Shown: positions 37,675 to 47,955 of the stretch, one piece after another | Layout of the letters: the number at the start of each line of letters is the position of its first letter | Position numbering within the stretch: the stretch's first letter is position 1 | Source of the DNA: Mobula birostris | Lineage: Eukaryota | DNA: 64,000 bases | Direction of reading: 5' to 3' | Assembly (NCBI RefSeq): GCF_030028105.1 | Contig: NC_092400.1 | Coordinates: 17,918,001-17,982,000 of the forward strand | Translations under genes and position numbers: made by a program | The notes under the pieces: model-generated | What the model was told of the DNA's origin: nothing | Databases searched by the model: none | Seen by the model: the letters and a program-made list of their open reading frames with translations, nothing else

Positions 37675-38374
37675 CATTGTTTCGAACTGATGCTGCCTGA
37701 CCTGCTGAGTTCATCCAGCGTACTGAAAGTGTTGCTTTGATCACAGCGTCTGCAGATTATTTTGTGTTAATGAAATATAGCTGCTGTCTTCCCTTATTTA
37801 TAGCTGCATCAATATATCCGGACCAGGTTAGATTCTCAAAGACATTGACATCCAGGAACTTAAAATTGTCTCACTCTCTCCATTTCTGATCCCTCTATGA
37901 GGATTGGTTCATTTCCCTTCATCTTACCCTTCCTGAAGTCCACAATCAGCTCTTTCATCTTACTGAAATTGAGTGCAATGTTGTTGCTGCACCATTCAAC
38001 CAGCTGGTACCATCTCGCTCCTGTGCACCCTCTCATCTCCTTCTCAGATTCTACAAACAACAGTTCTATCATCAGCAAATTTATAGATGGTACTTGTGTT
38101 ATAACTAGCCACACAGTTGCAAGTATAGAGGGAGTAGAGCAACGAGCTGAGCACACACCCCTGAGGTACGCCAGTGTTGATCATCAGCGAGGAGGAGATA
38201 TTATGACCAATCCACACGGATTGTGGTCTTCCGGTGAAGAAGTTGAGGATCCAATTGCAGAGAGAGGCACAGAGGCCCAGGTTCTGTACCTTATCGATCA
38301 GGACTGTGCAAAAGATGGTGTTAAGTGCTGAGCTATAGTCAACAACCAACATCCTGACATACGTGTTTTATTGT

Positions 38375-40117
38375 CCAGGTGGTCTATTTAAATCCTTAGA
38401 AAGAGGTAACATAGGATTGGAAGTTGTAGAATCCTTGTGGGTAGCATTAAGAAACTGCAAGGGTAAAAAGCGTCTGATGGGTCTACAGACCTCCAAACAA
38501 TGGCCAGGGTGTAGGATGCACATTACAATGGGAGATATAAAAATGCACATAAAAGGGGCAATGTTGCGATAGTCATGGGGTATTTCAACATACAGGCAGG
38601 TTAGAAAAATCATGCTGGTGCTGGATCCCATGACAGAGAATTTGTAGAATGCCTACAAGGTTGTTTTTAAGAGCAACTTGTGGTTCGGGTTCTGATTAGG
38701 AAGCCGAAGGTAAAGAAACCCTTTGGAGACAATGATTATAATAAGATAGAATTCACCCTGCAGTTTGAGAAGGAGAAGCTAACTTCAAATATATCAGTAT
38801 TACAGTGGAGTCCAGGGAATGACGGGATGTGAAACAGCAGCTGCCAAAGTTGATTGGAAGGGGACTCTAGCAGGGATGGTGGCAGAACAGCAATGGATGG
38901 AGTCTTTGGGAGCAATTTGCAAGACGCAGGGAAGGTATTTCCCAGAGATGAAGAATATTCTAAAAGGAGGATGAAGCAGCCATGGAAGTCATGGAAAACA
39001 AGAGAAGTCAAAGACAGCAAAAAGGCAAATGAGAAGGCATATAAAACAACACACACAAAAAAATAGGAAGTTAGAGGATTGGGAAGCTTTTAAAAAACAC
39101 TAGAAGGAAACTAAGAAAGCCATAAGGAGAGAAAAGATGATATATGAAGGTAAGCTAACCAATAATATAAAGGAGAATACCAAAAGTTTTCTCAGCTATA
39201 TAAAGAGTAAAAGAGAGGAAGAGTGGAAAATGACACTGCAGAGTTAGTAATGGGGGACCAAGAAATGCCAGATGAGCTTATTAAGTATCTTGCATCAGTC
39301 TTCACTGTGGAAGGCAACAGCAGAATGCCAGAAATGCAAAAATGTCAGGACAGAAGTGAGTGTTGTTGCTTTTACTAAGGAGAAAGTGCTTGGTAAGCTG
39401 AAAAGTCTGAATTTGATAAATCACCTGGACAAGATGGACCACACTCTGGGGTTCTGAAAGAAGTAACTGATGAGATTGTGGAGGCATAAGTAATGGTCTT
39501 TTAAGAAACACCAGTTTATGGAATGGTTCCAGAGGACCAGAAATTTGAAAATCTCACTCCAATCTTTCAAAAAGGAAGGAGGCAAAATAAAGGAAATTAG
39601 CCTGACATCCGTAGTTGGAAGAAAATTAAGAGTCTATTATTAAAGACGAAGTTTGGGATGCTTAGAGGCATATGATTAAATAGGCCAAATTCAGCATGGT
39701 TTTCTTAAGGGGGAATCTTGCCAGACAAATCTGTTGGAATTCTTTGAGGAAGTAACAGGCAGGATAGAAAAGGAGAGTCAGAGAATTCTTCATTTCGATT
39801 TTCAAAAGGCCTTTGATAAGGTGCCACACATGAGGCTGCTTAGCTAGGTAAGAGCCCATGGTATTACAGGAAAGATACTAGCACGGATAGAAGATTGGCT
39901 GACTGGCAGGAAGCAGAATAGGGGCCTTTTCTGTTTGGCTGCCAGTGATTAGTGGTGTTCTGCAGGGGTTGATATCTGGACTGCTCCTTTACACGTTATA
40001 TGTCAATGATTTGGATGAAGGAATTAATGTCTCAGTGGCCAAATTTGCAGATGATACAGAGATAGATGGAGGGGCAGGTAGTGTCGAGGAAGCAAGGAGG
40101 CTGCAGAAGGACGTAGA
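38375..40117 (+). mobile_element. Degraded CR1 LINE ORF2
   Basis: VESLWV, QHGFLKG.SC, DFQKAFDKVPH and VAKFADDTEI motifs across frames. Confidence 0.82.
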
Positions 40118-40789
40118 CAACCCTCTGGCCAAAGAAATTCCTCCTCACCTCTGTTCTAAAAGGTCATCTGTCGTTTCTGAGGCTGTGCTCCCTGGTCCTA
40201 GAATTCCCCACTACAAGAAGCATTCTCCACATCCACTCTATCTAGGCTTTTCAGTATTTGAAAGGTTTTATTGATCGTTCCAAACTCCAGCAAGTACAGG
40301 CTCAGAGTGTTGTGTATTTAATGTTTCAAAGTCAAAGTATATTTAATATCAATGTATACCATGCACAGCCTTGAGGTTCGTCTCCTTACAGGCAGCCACA
40401 AAACAAAGGAGCCCAACAAAACCCATTTAAAAAGCTGCCAAACACCCAATGTGCAGGGGAAAAAAAACTAACTGTGCAAACAACTGAAGTTAATGGAATT
40501 GAGACCATGAAGCCAGCCATCACTGCAGCCGGTCTTGCAACCCATTGGTTGCAGCCATAGCTTCAGTACAGCGCAGAGAATACTTCAGTAATGTTTGAGT
40601 AAACTTCTAAACAAATTGTTGGTTCAGCATTCTTTGTTTCAATAATTCATTATGAGCTAGCTGTCAATTGCATATGTTGTGACACTATCACATGATATGG
40701 GCGCGCCTCACTTAAAGTAAAAGCACAAGCTTAAAACTCTCATCTCCTGGCTCTTGCTTTCTTTTGAATTAGCTTGGGAATGGAGGGAT

Positions 40790-41461
40790 AGATGGAGGAG
40801 AAGATGGCGACGTGACGGCAGCGTGTGCGGCTGCTCCGGTGATGAATATCTGTTATCTGTCAAGTAGGGGACCGTGCACAATTCTGATTTGATGAAGACG
40901 GACGTGAGAGTACCGAGGAATATCTGGAAAACTTCTGAAATGCCCGCTTCGCTGCCGCTGCTACTGTGTGGTAACCGGAATCTCCGGAGCAGAAGGCCCC
41001 GAAATCCTTGGCTTTGCTTGTTTCAGCGGCTGAGGCGAGGTCGAAGGCGCTCGGGAGGCTGTATCGGAGGGGCTGGTCGGAGGCTCCAAGTTTTTGGATG
41101 GATGGACTCAGTGTCGGCTGTGGTTGGCTGCTTCCAAGGCATCGGCAAGTTGACGGTGCCTGGAGGTTTATGGCAGGGAGTTTCTCCCTTTTGCCGCCTG
41201 CTATCGGGGACTCGGGAGTCCATCAACTCGGGGACTTTTGAGACTTTTTTTACTGTGCCCATGGTTTGTTCTTCATCAAATTATGGTATTGCTTTGCACT
41301 GCTGTAACTATATGTTATAATTATGTGGTTCTGTCAGTGTTAGTCTTTGGTTTGTCCTGTTTTCTGTGATATCACTCCGGAGAAACATTGTATCATTTCT
41401 TAATGCATGTATGCATTTCCAAATGACGGTAAAACAGGATTGAGTGTTCTCATAATCTAAT
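40790..41461 (+). mobile_element. Non-autonomous retroposon with AAGATGGCG 5' end and LINE-like 3' tail
   Basis: GC-rich 5' end with a YY1-like AAGATGGCG motif; short (aatct) tail. Sits inside a small repeat that is uninterrupted at ~57836-58068. Confidence 0.55.
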
Positions 41462-44400
41462 ATTTGGGAGTTACAAAGCATAACCCAGAGTCAACAGATG
41501 CTTTTCTTTTCTCATGTCGATGCAAGCAATGAAGCAGAAAGTGACCAAAACTGTTTTACAAACCTATGTGGAATATAAAATGCTGTCGATCCAAATTGCT
41601 GCAGTATTGAAAGCATATAACTCATGTTGCTGGGCACACATTGTGTCGCTTGTAGACGTGTGGCTCTTTATTTTGATCTATTTCGAGATTTAGCACAGGA
41701 AAAGGCCCTTCCGGCTCACTGAGCTCCTGCACCAATTAGCCTCCTAATCCAAACGTGCAGGAAAGCCGAGCACCGGGAGGAAACCCACACGGTCACGGAG
41801 AGAACATGCACACTGCTTACAGAGAGCAACAGGAATTGAACCCAGGCCACTGGTGTTGGTGCTGTAATAGCACTACGCTAACTGTGCTGACCCAAACAAG
41901 TTCCACAAGCAAGTGGAAACAAACGCCAGTTCCACAATTCTCAGAGCCCCGTACATCCTGCTTACATTACAGAGTTCTTGGACCATCTTAAAACTGAGAT
42001 CAAGGGGTAAATTCATCAAGAGGATGACACGGTCAATCAAGTTTAGCAAAGTCATAAACATCTTAAGGGGATATAGAAAATCACCAGAACTCCAGTACTT
42101 CTCAGTTACAAAGTCATCACCCTGCAACGGGACATCACAGCACATGAACAGTGCCCACAAGTACCAGATTCAGCGAACACACAGTTCTGCATTTGAATTC
42201 CACAATTTCGAACTCCAGCTGTATAGGTAGGGTCGATGCAAGCACGCTTTTTCCACTGAGGTTGGGTGGGACGGCAACTAGACGTCACGAGTTAAGGGCG
42301 AATGCTGAAAAGTTTAAGGGGAACGTGAGTGGGAACTTCTTCACTCAGAGGGTCGTGAGAGTGTGGAAGGAGCGGCCATCACAAATATTGCATGCAAGCT
42401 CGATTTTAATGTTTAAGAGAAGTTTCGATGGTAGGTACATGGAAGGCTATGGTCCTGTGCAGGTTAATGGGAGTAGACAGTTTAAATGGTTCAGCACAGA
42501 CTAGATAGGCCAAACGGCCCGTTTCTCTGCTGTACTTTTCTATGACTGTATAATTTTACCTGAAAATAAAACATATACAAAGCAGTTGTATTTCTGACTA
42601 GTCCAAGTCGATTCTTCTAAAAATTACTGGTGGGTTGTGAGCAGAATCGACAATCTCATTGGAGACGTGTTGCGGGGCTGAATTGTCAATTGTTAAAATG
42701 CCACGGTAAACACACTCACAATATTTCAGAGACAAGTAAACAAAATGATCACAAATGAAGTTCTGCATACTCAGAGCATTAATGTTGCATTCCATATTTA
42801 TTAACATTTCTCTCAGAAATCACAAGATTTAATGCAATGAAATATATCTGGCATTACTATCAGAATTTTATAGGTTATAGCATACAACTGTATGATACTT
42901 CAACTTGATATTAAGTACATGAACCATTTGTATGGTCCTATCAAAACAGTAAAACTTTGTTTGGGATTCAGAATTCACTCCTAATCCTGTTGAAATGCAA
43001 TTTCTCTATCTGAATAAAAACTACTCAACTGGAATCCTACACTACCCCAGCTCTCGTCGTAGACTGGGAAGTTGGTCCAGCAGGTGCCCTCAATGAGATG
43101 AACAGAATATTATTCAAATCAATCTCATTGATTATACAGAATTGCTGTTCCATGCACTATACTTGCAGAGTACAGAGAGACAACAGTATTCCCAGAGTAG
43201 ATTTTCTGTTACCACAAGGATCTGCTGAATGAAGGTTAAAAGTGATTTCTGCTCTCCTTCATGCAGCCTGGACATGGTTTATCATGGCTGTAGGAGGGAA
43301 GGCAGCAATAGTTCCACGCAACACTCTCTATCATAGTGTTTAAGTTCATGTGGGTAAGTGTGAAATAATCGGAGAAAGACACCAGAAATATTTTGATTAG
43401 ATCCTGGGGAATAAAAGAACTTACTAACTCAGTATCCCACATGCCCTTGATTCTTCATAAGGAATACTCAGTGTTCATTCCTTTCCACACTGCCCCCTTG
43501 TGTTGGAGTTCTTTGCTGCAAACAATGATCCACAAAAGTCACTTCCAAGGAACTCAAACAACAGAAAGTCTGCTAGAAATCCAACCAACATACATAAAAT
43601 GCTGGAGGAACTCAGCAGGCCAGGCAGCATCTATAGAAAAAAGTATAGTCAATGTTTCTGGCCGAGACCCTTCAGCAGGACTTTCAAGATCAAATAAATT
43701 TCTGTTTTTTGACATTCCTAGATGGGTCACAACAGGTAAGCAAAATTATTTTAATATTAGTAAATCAGAGCGGATTTTATAATAACCTGGTAACTTCATT
43801 GACACCCATAACACATAGGAGCAGAATTTGTCCATTCAGCCCATCGACTCTGTTCCACCATTCCATCATAGTAGCTTTACTATCGCTCTGAACCCATTCT
43901 CATGCCTTCTGGCCAGGAGTCAGCAATCAAGAACCTATCAACCTCTGCTTTAAATATACCTAATGACTTGTCCTCCACAACCACCTCTGGCAGAGAATTC
44001 CACAGACTGACCATCCTCTTGTAAAAGAAATTCCTCCATATCTCCGTTCTAAATACTGACCATCTTTCTTTAATGATGACCACCCTCCTTCAGTACTGAT
44101 AAAATCTATCTTCATTCCAGATTTCAATTTTATTTACAGAAAATAAATTCCCCAGTTTTGAACCGGCGCTTCACTTCCTCTCTCCAGTTCACCAGAAAAG
44201 GCTTTTCTTTGGCACCATTCCAGCAACCGCTTACAACACTTCGCTACTGACTGAAAGTCTGCAAGTAGGATTGAACTTGGTTGAATAATATTACTGCAGA
44301 TTCCTCTGGACAGTCAGTCAACCTGAGAATAATGGGTAGAAGCTATCTACAAACGAGACACATAGGCTGAAGTCATCTGAGGAAGTAATTGCTTACATGG

Positions 44401-44479
44401 AAAGGAAAATCTTAAAATATCCATAAACCCTTTCCTTCAAGGCAGGGGTTCCCAAATGGGATTCATGGAACCCCTGCTG

Positions 44480-45405
44480 TTTTCTTAACAAAACTATAAA
44501 AGTTTATTTACATCACATATACACAAGGTACAGACAGTCAATATTTACAAGACAGTAAGTATACTCAAATTAAAATGTGGTTACTACCGTCTATAAGATA
44601 ATCAATACCTCGTGGGGGGGGGGGGGCGACCGCTCACGGAAGTCCCCACAATGTGCCCGTCGCAACCGTGTGCTCCCTGTCCAGGTACAGTCGGGCACGA
44701 AAGTATCCTCAGAAAAGGGGCAGGCAGTCGGCCCGGGCAGCGCCCGCTCTCCACTTTCCTCCGCCATGCCTGTGACAAGACCCAGGCCCGAGCCCGCCAA
44801 CAGATCCTCCTCACGCCCCGACCCCCGGCGTACGCGTGGTACACTGACCGCTCCCGCACACAGAGTGGACAGGTGGACGGGGTGTCAGTTAACCTGCTCA
44901 AGAACCCGTTGTACGGGACTACCGCTGCAACACCTTCCACCCCAGATCCGCAATGTACAGGGGAAGCACCCCTGCGTAAAGGGACTTCCACTGGGGACCT
45001 CCTCCGCTGCCAGGTGGTAACACAAGGCAGGTCCGGTCGGCAGACGAAGGCAAGGAAGTTAAAGGTGTGCAGGAGCAGCCCGTACAAGAAACGCTTCGGA
45101 ACGTCACGGAACTGCACGGTGGGCATCCCTGCGAGACGCCTCACGTTGAGCGGGACCCTTTCCCGCGTGGTCTCCTGAGGCCAGGGTCCGACCACCACAG
45201 CGGGTAGTGGTGCAGCCGGATCCCCTCCACTTCCCCGCGCCCTCCCTACACCCGCCTTAATAGGATCGGGACCAGAGCCCCCAGCAGCCAGGAGCACCCA
45301 GCCTGGATGAGGCCAGACCCCGTCCCCTCCACAGTTCCCGGTAAAAGCGGCGCAGTTCCCTCAGAGCAGCACGTCATCCGGGATCCGCGTGCCCTCCTGC
45401 CAAAA
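44480..45405 (-). mobile_element. Tx1-type LINE 3' fragment inserted into a hAT MITE
   Basis: VPYNGFLSRLTDTPSTCPLC..SVYHAY zinc motif. MITE halves at 44443 and ~45412. Duplicated at 61087-62446. Confidence 0.75.
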
Positions 45406-45637
45406 TAAAATAGGGAACCCACGATTTAAAGACACCGTTTCTTAAAAAACAACCTCCGAAATAAACTTACTTTATGTAGATAAGATGCAGTATCTTCTCT
45501 ACACATAAAGGGAAGTGTATTTCAGAACTTGTTACTTAAACTCGACTTATCTCGCACCAACATTTTAAGAATTGATCAATTTCTGCGTCAGGTCGCATTT
45601 ATCAGCTTTACTTTGATCACATAACAATACAGAGCAT

Positions 45638-46669
45638 CTAGTTCACGCGGACCGGGATCGATTGGATGGCTGTCGATGAGCTCGTTTGCTGATCAACAGT
45701 CTGCCCCTCCCTGGATGTTCCTTGTTCAGTGGATGATCTGCGACATCTTAAATTAAGACGAGGTAGAGCTTTCTCCAAAGCATGTTGAAACTGCGAAGTT
45801 GAAAAATAGTAAATAATTGGATCGACCACACTGTTCAGATACGTTATAAACAACGTATTGTAAAAGATATTCGCTGCTGTGCGATACGACTTGCAGTCGA
45901 ATGGATTTCTTAGTTTAGTCACCAAAACCGCAACCACAGCAACGCTGGTGGGCAAGAAGCAAATGGCAAAAACCGCAGCCACGGCTATCACAAGTTTCAC
46001 AGTTCGCTTATATTTAGCCCGCATTCCAGCTTCCATCTGCCGTAACCTCCAGGTGATGGAGGACGTAGAGAACAGGATAACTGAAACTGGCAAAAGAAAC
46101 TTAAAGAATATAAAAATAAAGTCAGTCCAAATTGCTGGGGGACTTAGAGCCTTGTTTATGCTGAAAGGCTCACAGTTTGTCACGTTGTGTTGTTCGAAGA
46201 GATGTTTGTCTATCAGCAAGTGCAAGCAAATAGCCACCGCTACAATCCACAGACCGCCTGTTATCATCACCGCACACCCTGTAGAGATCTTGTTTACCTT
46301 GTGGAGTGAATGGACCACCTTAAAGTAACGATCGATCGCTATAACCATGAGGAAAAAGACGCTGCCAATCCGGTTCAGGAAAATCGTGAAAACGTTCAGT
46401 CGACACAGTCCATCACCAAAAATCCAGTCCTTCCCTCGGAGAAAATAAACAGCTCGAAAAGGTAGACAGCATAGTAACAGAGTGTCCGCAACCATGAGAT
46501 TCAGTGAATACACAATACTTGGTTTCCGCGACTTCACATGAACACAAAAGATCCACAAAGCAATTGTATTTCCAGCAAGGCCGAAGATTAATGTGATGAT
46601 GATTATGGGCGGATTGTAGGACCAGTTAACATCTTCAGCAGGAGCACATTGCGGGGTCGAGTTCGCCAT
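45638..46669 (-). CDS. Hydroxycarboxylic acid receptor-like GPCR, paralog B, 343 aa
   Basis: Intact 7TM ORF: GNTIALWIFC, LPFRA, NRIGS, DRYFKVVH, CEPF, CFLP, TYLNSVVDPIIYYFS. ACAATGG Kozak context. Confidence 0.94.
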   Translation of the reverse strand: MANSTPQCAPAEDVNWSYNPPIIIITLIFGLAGNTIALWIFCVHVKSRKPSIVYSLNLMVADTLLLCCLPFRAVYFLRGKDWIFGDGLCRLNVFTIFLNRIGSVFFLMVIAIDRYFKVVHSLHKVNKISTGCAVMITGGLWIVAVAICLHLLIDKHLFEQHNVTNCEPFSINKALSPPAIWTDFIFIFFKFLLPVSVILFSTSSITWRLRQMEAGMRAKYKRTVKLVIAVAAVFAICFLPTSVAVVAVLVTKLRNPFDCKSYRTAANIFYNTLFITYLNSVVDPIIYYFSTSQFQHALEKALPRLNLRCRRSSTEQGTSREGQTVDQQTSSSTAIQSIPVRVN

Positions 46670-47420
46670 TGTGCGAAAAAGTCAAGTTGTGTCCGGGGAG
46701 AGCAAACTCAATCAGAGTCGAACAACCTGAAAAGTTGATCTTCGAATGAGTTTGTTCCCCTGTGGGTGGAGTATATGGGCGGAGTGAAATAGTCAGAGCA
46801 CCAATAAATTGTGCGATCGAATCATCAATCCAGGAAAACTAGAAGCATCAGCATTTAAATTAAGCAGCAAACAATGAAATATATTTAGCTTTCATTGCCA
46901 GGCATAAAATTGTACAATACTTAGTTTTGCTGTTGAGTGCATGAATAATTTTATATTAAAAATTAATGAGGGGGCATAATTTTAAGCTGATAGGAGGGAA
47001 GTGTAGGGGGGACGTCAGAGGCAGGGTTCTTTACGCAGTAAGGTTGGGTTCGAGAAGCACACTGCCAAGTTTGGTGGTAGAAGAAGATACATTAGGGGCA
47101 TTTCAGAACCGTTAGGTGGGCCCATGGATGATAGGAAAATGGAGGACTATGTAGGGTTTGACTAATATCAAAGTAGATTAAAATTCGACACACATCGTAC
47201 TGTGATATAATATGTTCTTTTAAAAAGGACATATTATGTAATAGTAATCAACCCCAAAAATTATTTCACTGTTACTAAAGTCATTCTTCTAAAATCTCCT
47301 GCCGACAACTGACATCAAAATGCATTGGGATATGAATTAAAAGCAGAAAACGCAGAAAACTCCCAGCATGTCAACTATGGAAAGAAAATCAGAGTTTATG
47401 CTTCAGTATATGGGTGTTTC

Positions 47421-47955
47421 TGTCATGGTCCGGTCCATGAAGTCCGTATTCTGGTTCATGGTCCGGTCCATAGTACCTTATTCCAGCGTTTCTGGTTTTC
47501 CCCAGTCTCTGTTGTAGGCAAATGATTCTCGTTTTTGGGCTGAGTAACGCACCCCTTGGACTAGAAGAGACGGGAGCACGGAACACGGAGCCGGGACCCC
47601 TCCTTGGAAAACAGGGATTCCTGGCTGGACTGTCTGTTCCCTTCTTTGTCTTTCCCCCCTCCGCCTGACTCTCTGCCTGGATACCTCGCCTGACTCTCTG
47701 CCTGCTTACCTAGCCTGGATACCCCACCTGTATCGCTGAAGTTTTACCGCCGGAGCAAGACCGGAGCCTTGTTCGGTCAAGATAAGAAACTGTCATTCGT
47801 TGTGTGTAATTGTCTCTCTGTGTCCACACCTTTGCTAGGTAGGTCCGGCCGTTTGCCGCCAACTAGTGTTCGGAACTGCCTCTGTGTCCTCGCCTTCGCG
47901 AGATGGGTCCATCCGTTTGCCGCCATCTTGTGTTGGGATCCGTCTCTTCATGTTC
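47421..47955 (+). mobile_element. LTR-like element, internally deleted
   Basis: Starts TGTCATGGTCCGGTCC; internal short tandem repeats (cgcctgactctctgcctg). Confidence 0.6.

Larger units (their letters stand above)
34907..37767 (+). mobile_element. Penelope-like retroelement as a ~1.4-kb-arm inverted repeat
   Basis: 15-bp TSD TAATGAAATATAGCT at 34892-34906 and 37768-37782. Left arm 34907-36289 is the reverse complement of 36328-37729. Confidence 0.93.
34311..38362 (-). mobile_element. Rex1/Babar LINE (RT plus 3' end), split by the Penelope insertion
   Basis: Pieces 34311-34906 and 37768-38362. Motifs [35 protein letters not shown] and HPGHALFSLLPS; (TTCTGA)n tail. Confidence 0.85.
41730..46975. 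repeat. Tandem segmental duplication unit 1 (contains paralog B)
   Basis: Collinear with 47960-50865 plus 55669-56100, and with 58200-64000. Confidence 0.88.

Noticed and set aside
44577-45297. GC-rich ORFs downstream of paralogs B and C as extra genes or a CpG-island promoter
   Set aside because: They are frameshifted Tx1 ORF2 sequence and its antisense.
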